From the NCBI GenBank assembly GCA_964016885.1, contig OZ024743.1, positions 331,266,001 to 331,330,000 of the forward strand: a stretch of 64,000 nt of DNA, in the 5' to 3' direction. Position 1 is the first letter of the stretch. The number at the start of each line of letters is the position of its first letter. The stretch comes from Eledone cirrhosa. Lineage: Eukaryota. This document shows, in pieces, positions 1 through 13,990 of the stretch. The notes under the pieces are model-generated. The model saw only the letters and a program-made list of their open reading frames with translations. It was not told the DNA's origin and searched no databases. Made by a program: the position numbers and the translations under genes.

Positions 1-217
1 CCATATATGGAATTACCCCCTGAGAAGTTCGGCTATTTATTTACCAAGCTAAAAATTCTTATTTAGTCCAGAATTAGCCGTTGAAATGGCTTGAGCTCTG
101 CCGTCGGGGTAATACTTGTTCCTATTACCCACTCTACTACCCTAAGTATTGAGTACTTTGGTGTGTTATGGTCCATCTGGTTCCTTACCACATTTCCTTC
201 GTTTTATATATATATAT

Positions 218-901
218 CATCATCATCATCATTGTTTAACATCTATCTCCCACGCTAGCATGGGTTTAGACGGGAATTGTCCCACTTGAGGCAAGATTGG
301 TTGTCTTGCTCATATAGGACTGTCTGGCAGGTTTTCTACGGCTGGATGCCCTTCCTAACACCAACCACGTTTACAGTGTGGACTGGGAGGTTTTTACCAT
401 GTTACCTACACGGCCACATTACAGCGTGGACTCATTTATTTAGGACTGGATGTTGTGGTACCAACATAACTTTACAGAGAAAGGGGTGATGGTGGGGGTG
501 GGAGTAGGGGTAGTGGATGGGGGTGTATTTTTGGTTAAGAGGTGCCTACTGACTGTAGGTTTCGCTTTGTACCAAGGCAAGGCGGGTCTTCTGTATTACT
601 GCGTAGCGCCAAAGATCTTGGTCCAGTGACATTGTCTTAGAGAGATGTAAGTGTGTAAGGTCGGAATTTATCAATTCGTCACAGGTTTTTCTGGGTCTGC
701 CTACTCCATAGCTTCCATCAATTTTGATCGCCCTGCACTTTTTTATATATCTGTCGTCTTTCATGCACATCACGTGACCATACCAACGTAGTCTTCTCTC
801 GAGTAAACAGCATCTGATTCCTCTTATTCCTAATTTCTCACTTAGTTCATTTATGCTTTGCCGTTCACGTATATTACTATTACACATCCAACGGAGCATG
901 C
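218..901 (-). mobile_element. 5'-truncated RTE-clade LINE (subfamily A): C-terminal ORF, 3' UTR and (GAT)n tail, inside (TA)n
   Basis: MLRWMC...RRLRWYGHVM...GRPRKT RTE C-terminus. (cat)n tail at 218 and (TA)n on both sides. Confidence 0.9.
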
Positions 902-1479
902 ATATATATATATATATATATATATGTGTATATATATGTGCATATATGTGTGTATGTGTAAGTATATATATATACATATATATATGTGCGCATGTGTGTG
1001 TGCGTGAATGCATGTGTGTGTTGGAAGGACATATTTTAGTTCAGTGTTTACTATTACAGTCAATTATATATATATACACACCCACATATATATATATACA
1101 AGATATAGATATATATAGTTCCCCTGTGTTAATATTGCACACACTGATACCTATAACAAACTGACTGAAGTATTTCTTTATTTATTTACTTCAATGGTGT
1201 GTAATTGACTGTAATAGTAAACACCAAACTAAAATATAGCATTCCAACACACAGACACACACCACTACATATATATATACACACACACACATATATATAT
1301 ATACACACACAAATATATGTATATATACACTCACACATATAACACACACACACACACACACACACACATGCATATATATATATACATATACACACACACA
1401 TACATTGTATGTGTCTCATTATAAAACATTGAAATAAAAAAAGAACCGAAAACAAAGATTTCTTAATGATTTGATAAGA

Positions 1480-1925
1480 TGCAAGTGTTCATTGTTGTTG
1501 TTGGTGTAGTTGTCTTTGTTGTTGTCATTGTTGTTGTTGCTATTGATGCAGTTATCATTGTTGTGTTTGTTGCCACTTGTGTTGTTGTTGTTATTGTTAT
1601 TGTGTTTGTTGTTGAAGCTTTTATTAGCGTTTGTCGTGCTTGTTATTATTGCTGTAGTTGTTATTGTTGTTATTATTATTGCTGTTGTTGTTGTTATTGT
1701 TGTTGTTGTTATTGCTGTTGTTGTTGTCATTGCTATTGTGCTGCTGTTATTGTTTGTTGTTGTTGTTGTTGTTATTATTGCTGTTGTTATTATTGCTGTT
1801 GTTATCGCTGTTGTTGTTGTCATTGCTGTTGTTGTTGTTGTCATTGCTGTTGTTGTTATTGTTATTGCTGTTCTCATTGCTGTTGTGATTGTTGTTGTTG
1901 TTGTTATTGCTGTTGTTGTCATTGG
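1480..1925. repeat. Compound trinucleotide microsatellite (GTT/ATT/GCT)n
   Basis: Direct inspection. Confidence 0.95.
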
Positions 1926-2433
1926 TTCCTATTGCAGAATTTGAGAGTGGACAGAGTGGATAATTAGAATTTCATGAAGGTGAAACACGCATGTTGTACC
2001 GAAGGAGAGTTTGTTCTGTCACTTTGTGGGGATGGTGGAGGGTGTAGGTGGAATAGACACACACACACATATATATATATATAGACACACACACATATAT
2101 ATATATAGACACAGACTCACACATATAAACACACTCATAAACATATGTAGATACACACATACATTTGTAGATATACATACATATGTAGATACACAAATTG
2201 AAACTCATATACACACATATAGGGAGATGGTATTATAGTGAACAACATCTATAATGATGTGAATACACACACACACACACATATATATACACATATAGAC
2301 TCACATGACATATATATATATATATAAACACACACAAATATATACACACTCGTTTATATACACACATATAGACACACACATATATAGACACTCACACATA
2401 TATACACACACACACACATATATACACACTCAC

Positions 2434-2478
<45 letters not shown>

Positions 2479-3685
2479 CATACACCCACACACAGACATA
2501 TAGGCACACCTGTAATGAAGGAGAGTTTTGTTGTAACTTTATAGTGCTGTGATGATGGAGAGGAATAGATGAAATAATTCAAGTATTTGACAAGCACATG
2601 GTCCTGGCTTTTGTCACATTCTCCACCACTTTCAGCAACAGTTTTCTACCATAGTCTTGAATCAATCAATATTTTTTCATGAAATTATTGGCAGATATGA
2701 TTATAGTTTTTGGGGGGTTTAAGCAAATCACTTTTTATTTGGTTAAACATACAGAAAAAAAGAAAAGAATGCAGTATTGGAAAGAACTATAAATGCCATG
2801 AATGAGAGGAAAAGGAAGGAAAAAGAAAGGACTACTAAACAAAGGTAGAAAGAAAGGGGGAAAGAGAGAGAATGACAGGCTCTACATATAGGTCAGCGGG
2901 GTGTTTCAGTTGCACCTCACGGACAAAATGGCAACGGCATTTTAGCAGACAATGGCCAGTGACACATGCTGTGAGAGCCACCCTACATCGCAGGGCTCTT
3001 TCCTAAAGCAGGCTGCTATTGATCTGATTTTACGAAGGTCAGATGTCCAGGATTCAAGGACGCCTGAAGTCGTGACAAAGGAAGAAAGAAAGGAGGAAGG
3101 GGAGAGGGTGACAGACTCTACACTTAGGTCAGAGCGGTGTTTCGACTGTACCCCACGGACTTGGCCAGTGACACACACTGCAACAGTTAATATTTTATGA
3201 GTGAAATTAGAAGATGGAAGTGTATCATATGTATACGTGTATGCATACATGTGTGTGTATGTTTATTTCTTATCTTCTTTTCTAAATTTGAGATCACAGT
3301 GGTTATATTTGTTTATGTATTACCTAGACAGAAATCTGACTGCTTGGTAGTTTACCTTTAGCATGCCAGAAATGTTTATGAATTGCTTCCTTGACACTAC
3401 ATTATGTATTAAGAGGAGATAATTCTATTGTCGCAATATGTTGCTGGCAGCACGTTAAAGGTTAAACCAGCAAATAACCATATTTTATTGTTAATTCTTA
3501 ACATCCTCTACCACAAGAAACCATATTAGTGTTTCTTATAAAAGATAAGCAAAAATCATTATGACTGTTTCATGGTAAAAATGGAAGTCTTTATACTAAT
3601 ATATTATGATGTACGATCTCTCCATTAGTAAAGATACTATAAATATTTGAATTAACAAATCACATGAAACCATATTAGCAAGACA

Positions 3686-4129
3686 CATCACCATCATCAT
3701 CATCACCATTTTACGTCCATTCTTCCATGCTAGCATGGGTTAGACGAGTTATCCTGTTGTGGGCAATACCAGGTCAGGTGACCATGTGTTGCTCATATGG
3801 AACTGATTTTGGCTTGGTTTCTACAGCTGGATGCCCTTTGTAACACTAATCTCATTTACAGTGAGTACTGGGTGTTTTTGATTGTTGCGCCTACACAACC
3901 ACTTCACAGTGTGGACAGGGTGCTTTTTTTGTCGTGACACCTACAGGACCACTTTATAGTGAGGATTGGGTGCCTTTTTGTCATGACACCTACACGACCA
4001 CTTTACAGTGGGAGGTGGGCATACTGTCTATATGCTTCAGCTTCGGTTTGTACCCATGGGAAGTTGGGTCTTCTGTATTACTGCGTAACACCAGAGGTCT
4101 CGGTCCTGGGTTTTCGCCTCTGAGAGGTG
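3686..4129 (-). mobile_element. Short 3' fragment of RTE LINE (subfamily B)
   Basis: Same 3' UTR and (cat)n tail as 5281-6070, with about four tttacagtg-type internal repeats. Confidence 0.85.
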
Positions 4130-4780
4130 CAGGACCGAGACCTCTGGCATTACGCATAAAAAGTACAAAATACATAAAAAGTACAAAACACATAAAAAGT
4201 ACATAACAGCTCTATGGGAGCATCCCATTAAAAATAAAAACCTGTATGTAAATAATGAATATTATGATCTGTCCACAGGTACAACTACTATAAACATTGA
4301 AATCAACAAGCATGGTTTTGTTAATTTTCTACTACATCATTACAGAATGTTAAAAGTTAAAAAGGAAAGAGAATTGGCATCAGAAACACCTTCTGGTCAA
4401 CGACTTCTGCCTTAAAAAGGCTTGTACGACCCACACCGATATGGAAAAATTGCTAAAATGATGATGATAATCTATCTAACTATCTATATACTACTAAAAC
4501 TCTGTGATTGCTTGCTTGTCTGTAATGTAATACAGCCAAAAGGGCGCATAATTGTAAAATACTTTGAAAGGAAGTTGGCCCTGAAATGGAGATACAAATG
4601 GAATAAAACAGGTTTTACATAAATTGGAGCATGGGTTCCCGAGATACGGGATTTTTCCAGGTACCTTCATAAACAAAGAGAGAAAGAGAAAGTGAGAGAG
4701 TAGACTGAAAGAGAGACATAGAGAGAGGGAAAGGAGACAGAGAAGGAGAATGGAAGAGAGAGAGAGAGAGCTGGTGATGT

Positions 4781-4826
<46 letters not shown>

Positions 4827-5280
4827 TGTGTGTATGTGTCTATGACCAGTGTATATAGATCATAGACACCCACATATATGTATACACACACATATATATA
4901 TATATATATATGTATACACACACCGTGTTACCTACATGGCCACATTACAGCATGGACCGTGTGTTTTTTTGTATATATATACACACACACATTCACAGGG
5001 AGAGAGAGAAAACGAGAACAAGTGTTCAAGTATGTTTATATATGTAAGTATGTGTGTATGTATGTATAAATATATATATAAATATATATATTTATTTAGT
5101 TTCAGAAGATCCCGTTAAGGGTGAAAGCAGCGATTCTTTGCTTAAACTTTAATCTGTTATTTTAATAAATATTTGCTCTTCGGTTCTTATATATTTGATA
5201 TATATTTTCCTTATCGAGCCCTCTCTGGATTTTAGTCTTCAATTTTATTATTATTACTATATAAATATATATATATATAT

Positions 5281-6070
5281 CATCATCATCATCATCACCG
5301 TTTTACGTCCGTTCTTCCACGCTAGCATGGGTTAGACGGGTTGTCCTGTTGTGGGCAGTGTCTGGTCGGCTGACCATGCCTTGCTCATACAGGAACTGAT
5401 TTGGCTTGATTTCTACAGTTGGATGCCCTTCCTAACACCAACCTCATTTACAGTGAGTGCTGGGTGCTTTTTCGTGGCGCCTACACGTCTACTTTACAGT
5501 GTGGGCTGGGTGCTTTTTTGCCGTGGCACGTCCACGACCACCTTGCGGTGGGGGGTGTGAGGGCATATTGTCTTTATGCTTCAGCTTCAGCTTGTACCCA
5601 TGGGAGGTCGGGTACTCTGTATTACTGTGTGACACCAGAAGTCACGGCCGTGTGTCATTGCCTTTGAGAGGTGTAATTGGGTAAGGTCGGCTTTTATCAC
5701 CTCATCCCAGGTCATCTTGGGTCTCCCCACTTCGCGGTTTCCATCAACTTCTAGTGCTCTGCACCTTTTTATGCAGCTGTCATCCTTCATACGCATCACA
5801 TGTCCATACCAGCGCAACCGCCTCTCCTGCACACATCATTTGATTCCTCTTATGCTCAGTCTCTCTCTCAATTCATTTATGCTTTGTCGTTCGCGTATAT
5901 TACTGTTACACATCCATCGGAGCATGCAGGCTTCGTTTCTCTCTAATCTACGTAAGTCTTCCACCTTCAGCGCCCAGGTCTCACTACCATGTAACATTGC
6001 TGTTCGGATACACACATCATACAGTCTGCCTTTCATTCTGAGGGAGAAGCCTTTTGCAGCTAGCAGTGGT
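5281..6070 (-). mobile_element. 5'-truncated RTE LINE (subfamily B) in (TA)n
   Basis: KGRLYDVCIRTAMLHGSETW...RRLRWYGHV...GRPKMTW with an internal stop. (cat)n tail and (TA)n flanks. Confidence 0.9.
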
Positions 6071-6091
6071 GGTATATATATATATATATAT

Positions 6092-6247
6092 CATCATCAT
6101 CAGGTTTAGCGTCCGTGTTCCACGCTTGCATGGGTTTGGACGGGGGTTTTCCCACTTGAGGCAAGAGTGGTTGTCTTGCTCGCATAGGACTGTCTGGCGG
6201 GTTTTCTACAGTTGGATGCCCTTCCTAACACCAACCACATTTAGTGT
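6092..6247 (-). mobile_element. Short RTE subfamily A 3' end in (TA)n
   Basis: Matches the 3' termini of 218-901 and 17976-19467. Confidence 0.85.
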
Positions 6248-6263
6248 ATATATATATATATAT

Positions 6264-6304
<41 letters not shown>

Positions 6305-6789
6305 CGTGTATATATATATATATATATACATACATACATGGGGAAAGAGTAAAAGAGAGAAAGTGTGTGTGTATATATAGTGTGCATATAACTGACAATG
6401 CTAAGAACTGTTGGTACCTCCTTCACATCTTTCATTTTATGCATGGACTCTTTCTTAGTTATTCAACATTAAAATCATTATGTTCTTTCTCTTGGCAGTA
6501 CATAGACAACCTTTATCAATATACACAACTGAAGTACATACTGCAATTTATACAGCTTTACCATTCTTATCAGCAACAATTCAAAAACTATTTCAGATTA
6601 TTTCCACTTAATTTAATCCAGCTAAACCTTTGATAATTCCATACATTGGTGGATGACCAAAATTGACATTTTCAACCTTTCTCTTGTTAATAAATAAATA
6701 AATACACTTGATGTCAATTGGTGTATCCAATCATATGTTTTGACAATTTCTAATGAAAACATAAATTTGGACTTAATATTAATGGTTTC

Positions 6790-7450
6790 TGATTTAGTGC
6801 ATTACTGGTACTTTATTTTATTGACACCGTAATGATGAAAGGCAAAGCTAAACTGTGTGAGATTTGAACTCAGAACGTAAATAATAATTGTTTCTACTTT
6901 TGGCACAAGGCCAGCAATTGCCAAGTGTATTACTGGTACTTTATTTTATCGACCCCGTAAGGATGAAAGGCAAAGTCAACTTCGGCGGGATTTGAACTCA
7001 GAATGACAAGGGCCGTAACTCTATGCGTCAAACCATGGCGTCCGACCCTCTACCGATACTGCCAATTCAAATAATAATGGTTTCTGATTCAGGCACAAGG
7101 TCAACAACTTTAGAGTAAAGGGAAAGTTGATTAAATCGACCCCAGTGCATTACTGGTATTTTATTTTATCAACCCAGTAAGGAGAAAAGGCAAAGCCAGC
7201 CTCAATGGAATTTGAAATCAGGATATAAAGGGACGTAACTCTATGCCGCTAAGCTTGTTGTCTGACGCTCTACCAATACTGCCAAAATAATTGTTTCTAC
7301 TTTAGGCACAAGGCCAGCAATTACCCAGTGCATTACTGGTACTTTATTTTATCGACCCCGTAAGGATGAAAGGCAAAGTTAACCTCGGTGGGATTTGAAC
7401 TCAGACCATAAAGGGGCGCAATTCTATGCATCAAAGCATAGCGTCCGACA
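6790..7450 (-). mobile_element. Tandem cluster of about four octopus-type SINE copies
   Basis: Repeated tactggtactttattttatcgaccccgtaaggatgaaaggcaaag...gatttgaactcaga (B-box-like gagttcaaatcc on the minus strand). Confidence 0.8.
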
Positions 7451-7760
7451 ATGATAATCTCGGATTATGAGTTCCAGACTGATACAGTTATTGAGCATCA
7501 CTGACCAGAGTCATATTGGACAAGAAAGATCAATATTGTCAGATCATTGATGTAGCCATAACAAATGACATGAATATTGCGAGTAAAGAGGTTGAGAAAA
7601 TTGAAAGTGGAGATGGTAAGATTGTTTGGGATGCAAGAGGGTAATGGGAATGTGATATCAGTTCTGATTAGTGCATTAGGGTCAACCCCAATTGGAATTT
7701 CAAGACTTCTTAACGTGATTGAAAATGAAGACCATGCATGATTGGTGACTCTTAACATCC
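7450..7760 (+). pseudogene. Decayed restriction-like endonuclease (PD-D/ExK) domain of an R4/Dong/NeSL-type LINE
   Basis: Translates with breaks as DYEFQTDTVIEH..P....DKKDQYCQIIDVAITNDMNIASKEVEKIE...VISVLISALG. Confidence 0.7.
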
Positions 7761-8332
7761 TGTAATGATTTAGCAGAAAATATCTAAAAATGAGTTTATT
7801 AATTCAAATGGAACAGCCACTCTACCTTGTGGGGCTCATGCAGCCAACTCAGCTCTGATAGCAGTAAGTAGGGATGTGATCTGGGGTCAAGAACACTGGA
7901 AGTCTCCACTGCTACAGACTCTACCATAAACCTATCAGTGGGTGGCCAATACTTGAACAGTTTGCTTTCTTCGGCTTGGCAGGGAGCAGAGCCTGAGTTG
8001 GTAGCACCAGTTTGCCACCAGAGAAGGTGTCACAGCATGTAGCATCCCAGATGAGGGCTCTACCCCAACAGAACAGGAAGAGTGTTAGGCTGTCTGGCAT
8101 TTTGCCTTCCTGTCGTTCCAGCGGCCTGGCTCGAGGTGGGATGTGAATCCTGTGCTGTCCAGGCCATGCTTTATGACCTCATTGAGAGCAGCATGGCATG
8201 GTAGATGACCAACACTATAATAGCATGGCTCTGGATTTATATGGTACAGGGCATTAAGGGTTACAAAACACATAAAAAGAAGTGAATATCCACTATCCCC
8301 ACCACCACTACCACACACACACGTACACTCAC

Positions 8333-8686
8333 CTGTTCGTTTGTACCACCTGAATTTATTAAGGATTCAAGTTGTTGAAGTTCAGTGAAAAATTTCCTTT
8401 CAATCTGAATTTGGGGTAAGAAGACACGCTTTGGTTCATAGATGCTTTCGTGATTCTGATCAACCTCTTGGTAACCTCCCACGTTGCTGGGATCAATCTC
8501 ACCAATACTGTTTTCACTGTCACCCTCTGATATTTGGGAAGTTAACTCCCCTTCTGGGCTGCTGCTGCTGCTTTCTGAGATCGCATTGTGGCTGGGGTCA
8601 CTGAGTGCATCGAGATTTGGAGAAGATGAACGCCGCTTTATTGGTGGTGGAGGAGTCGTGGCAAATGACACAGGTCGAGATTCCTC
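8333..8686 (-). CDS. PLEKHH: Exon of PLEKHH1/2-like gene, Ser/Pro-rich disordered linker (EESRPVSF...SGGTNEQ, 118 aa)
   Basis: Acceptor ttttttctgccag and donor CAG|gtgagt. 354 nt open, phase 0-0, non-repetitive coding-like composition. In frame with the upstream exons. Confidence 0.8.
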
Positions 8687-8804
8687 CTGGCAGAAAAAAA
8701 GCAAAACAGAAACATCGTTAAATCAGTGTCCCCTAAACTGGGTTTTGAAGAAACCCTGCATCACACAGGGGAGGATTTTATTATGATAAAATTTTAAAAG
8801 AATT

Positions 8805-9130
8805 GATATTCTTTTATTCTTTTGCTGGTTTCAGTCAAGAGACTGTGGCCATGCTGGAGTGCCACTTCAAACAGATAATTTTACCAATGTCTTTTCATTG
8901 AATTGCTAAGTTACAAGAGATAAACAAACAATAAACAGAAACACACACATCTACATCCATATATACAACAGGCTTCTACACTGTTTCTGCCTACCAAATT
9001 TCAATCAAAATGGATTGGTGAAGTTGAAGCTATAGTAGAAGACACTTGCCCAACGTGTCACACAGTGGGACTGAACATGAAACCATGTGGTTACTAAATT
9101 CCTTCACCACACAATCATCTTTGCACCTAT
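8805..9130 (-). mobile_element. Degenerate octopus SINE
   Basis: ttttattctttt..gtttcagtca..gactgtggccatgctggag...gaagacacttgccc...cagtgggactgaac pattern. A related relic lies at about 14500-14830. Confidence 0.65.
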
Positions 9131-9168
9131 GTATGTTTAATATATAGTTATTAAAAATCTGTCTCTAT

Positions 9169-9209
<41 letters not shown>

Positions 9210-9247
9210 TGTGTGCGTGCGTGCATGCGTGCGTGCATGCATGCGTG

Positions 9248-9300
<53 letters not shown>

Positions 9301-9571
9301 CAATATCCGTAGATGTGAAAAAGGAAAACAGTGCTCAATCAGGAAGAGAGCAGGGATATTATTTATTTAAGTTCATACACTGAATAAAAAGCACTACCCA
9401 AGGTTTCAAGGCCTAATATTGACCACACCTCCAGAATACAAATTTGCATAAGCACCTCGAAATAGGTCATAATTTTGATCACTCTTGTATTCTTGAGATG
9501 TGATCAATATTGGGGCCTTGAAACCTTGGTTAGCACTTTTGTTCCGAGTTTGAACATAAATAATATAATAC

Positions 9572-9622
<51 letters not shown>

Positions 9623-9625
<3 letters not shown>

Positions 9626-9790
9626 TCATCATCATTTTACGTCCGCTTTTCTCTGCTTGCTAGGGTGGGACGGGAACTGATTCTGGCTTGATTTCTACAG
9701 CTGGATGCCCTTCCTAACACCAACCTCATTTACAGTGAGTGCTAGGTGTCTTTTTTTTTCCGTGGCGCCTACACGTCCACTTTACAGTGG
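9623..9790 (-). mobile_element. Short RTE 3' fragment
   Basis: (cat)n tail after (TA)n. Matches the subfamily B 3' UTR. Confidence 0.8.
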
Positions 9791-9799
9791 AATGATAGG

Positions 9800-9960
9800 G
9801 ACCCCAGTCCTATCATCTCATTTCTACAGCTGAGTAAACTGGAGCAATGTGAAATAAAGTGTCTTGCTCAAGGAAACAACACATCACCCAGTCTGAGAAT
9901 TGAACTCACAACCTTTCGATTGCAAGGCCAATGCTCTAACTACTAAGCCATGTGCCTCCA
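9800..9960 (-). mobile_element. tRNA-derived SINE with CORE-like segment
   Basis: Minus strand reads tggcttagtagttagagc (A box)...gagttcaattc (B box)...tccttgagcaagacactt. Further copies at about 14045-14400, 24590-24720 and 26627-26910 (+). Confidence 0.75.
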
Positions 9961-9984
9961 TATATATATATATATATATTGCAC

Positions 9985-10371
9985 ATCTCAAAGGCAATGA
10001 CACACGACCATGACCTCTTGTGTCACACAGTAATACAGAAGACCCGACTTCCCACGGGTACAAGCCGAAGCTGAAGCATATAGACAATGTGCCCCCACTC
10101 CTTCCCACCGCAAAGTGGTCGTGGAGGTGCCATAGCAAAAAAGCACCCATCCCACACTATAAAGTGGACGTGTAGGCGCCACGGAAAAAAAGCACCCAGC
10201 ACTCACTGTAAATGAGGTTGGTGTTAGGAAGGGAATCCAGCTGTAGAAATCAAGCCAGAATCAGTTTCCGTATGAGCAAGACACGGTCAACAGACCGGAC
10301 ACTGCCCACAACAGGACAACTCGTCTAACCCATGCTAGTGGAAGAACGGGCGTAAAACGGTGATGATGATG

Positions 10372-10373
<2 letters not shown>
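9985..10373 (+). mobile_element. RTE subfamily B 3' fragment in (TA)n
   Basis: Reverse complement of about 5281-5670. The gatgatgat tail runs into (TA)n. Confidence 0.88.
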
Positions 10374-10406
<33 letters not shown>

Positions 10407-10849
10407 TATAACAGCTCCGTAGACAATGACATAACTCAATAATGAAACACGTGTAAAAATGTATAATTTAATAATAATTTTTCTAATCAAGCCTTATATA
10501 TTTTTCCTAACACAGTGTGTGCGAGAGAGAGAGGGGGGTAAATGCTCTGTCATACATAATGGAGCATTATACCAATATTGTTTCCAGCTCAAAGTAATTC
10601 CACAATCAGCAAGATAAGGCAAATCTTCTCTGAAGACACAAAAATCAACAAAATTAGTCATTAATTCCTTGAGTCAATGTACAGATTGTGATATATAAAT
10701 ACAGTTATTATATATATGAATAATGGAGCTTGAGCAAGGTTCTTTACTATTTTGCTTTTATTTATTTCATATTGTTTGCCTTTGTAGAAACATGCCAGAA
10801 GAATAAAATGATTTAATTTTTCATCTTTGCTTCTTTTGCCTTATTATAT

Positions 10850-12860
<2,011 letters not shown>

Positions 12861-13129
12861 AAGTATGTGTATATATCAGTGAAGGATGCAAACATTAGGG
12901 AGAAAACTGAAAAATTAGTATTTCTCAAAGCCCCTTGCAATATTTATTCCACACTGAGTTACACACACTCCCTTGTTTCTTCATCATCATCATCATCATC
13001 ATCGTTTGACATCTATCTTCCACACTAGAATGGGTTTCTTGCATTATCGAAAATACAGTGAATCAGTGATTGGCCCATTGGAAAGCTACAACCAATAAGA
13101 GTATATTTCACCACCTGAGTTATATAAAT

Positions 13130-13795
13130 GACATGACAAAAAGTGTCCAGTCCACCCTGTTAAGTGGTTGTGTAGGTGTGACAACAAAAACTGCACAGTC
13201 AACACTGTAAAGTAGCTGTGTAGGTATCACGACAAAAAGTGCCCAGGCAACACTGTAAAGTGGTGGTGTGTCACAACAAAAAACACACAACCCCCACTGT
13301 AAAGTGGTGGTGTAGGTATCGCGACAGAAAGTGCCCAGGCAACACTGTAAAGTGGTGGTGTAAGTGTCACAACAAAAAACACCCAGCCCTCACTGTAAAG
13401 TGGTGGTGTAGGTATCGCGACAGAAAGTGCCCAGGCAACACTGTAAAGTGGTCGTGTAGGTGTCACGACAAAAACCACCCAGCCCTCACTGTAAAGTGGT
13501 TGTGTAGGTATCGCGACAAAAAGTGCCCAGGCAACACTGTAAAGTGGTCGTGTAGGTGTCACGACAAAAACCACCCAGCCCTCACTGTAAAGTGGTTGTG
13601 TAGGTATCGCGACAAAAAGTGCCCAGGCAACACTGTAAAGTGGTTGGCATTAGGAAGGGCATCTAATCGTAGAAACCAAGCCAAGATCAGTATTGTGTGA
13701 GCAAGACACGGTTATCTGATCTGGCTTGTCTCACAACGGGACAGCTCATCTAACCCATGCTAGTGTGCAAAATTTACATTAAACTGTGATGATAA
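13130..13795 (+). mobile_element. RTE 3' end whose 3' UTR repeat has expanded into a ~43/44-bp minisatellite (13140-13645)
   Basis: About 12 cactgtaaagtgg units, then taggaagggcatc...taacccatgctag...tgatgata, the standard 3' terminus. Confidence 0.85.
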
Positions 13796-13861
13796 TAGGC
13801 ACTATCAAGTTAGACATAGCCTGGACTAATACTGACCAAAGGATATCAAAGTTATGTATAC

Positions 13862-13990
13862 CTGTAAGCTGTCTCGATATAATGAATGACCTTGGAATGA
13901 TTGCAGGCAATTGTAGCGGTCCCTGAAAACATGCAGTTGTTCTCTTAATAAACTATTCTCAAGAATCAACGAATGTTTTTCTTCTTCGAG
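13862..13990 (-). CDS. PLEKHH: Exon of PLEKHH1/2-like gene: LEEEKHSLILENSLLREQLHVFRDRYNCLQSFQGHSLYRDSLQ
   Basis: Acceptor tttttatatttttcag and donor CAG|gtatac. 129 nt, phase 0-0. Continues the coiled coil (cf. LELENQNLR of vertebrate PLEKHH2). Confidence 0.8.

Noticed and set aside
1419-1967. Poly-Thr/Val/Cys/Leu ORFs (also 23757-24196, 32757-33518, 35688-36004, 42910-43167)
   Set aside because: Translations of trinucleotide microsatellites.
2942-3250. Candidate next PLEKHH exon
   Set aside because: The phase-0 reading after the acceptor hits a stop, and the region is an internal duplication.
9880-9960. tRNA gene
   Set aside because: A/B boxes belong to a SINE head. No complete cloverleaf.
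10556-10629. Candidate minus-strand exon with AG/GT ends
   Set aside because: 74 nt and contains a stop in the phase required by the neighbouring exons. No support other than as a hypothetical poison exon.
13227-13700. ORFs and CRISPR-like alternation in the 43/44-bp repeat
   Set aside because: The intervening segments alternate between two fixed variants and derive from the LINE 3' UTR.
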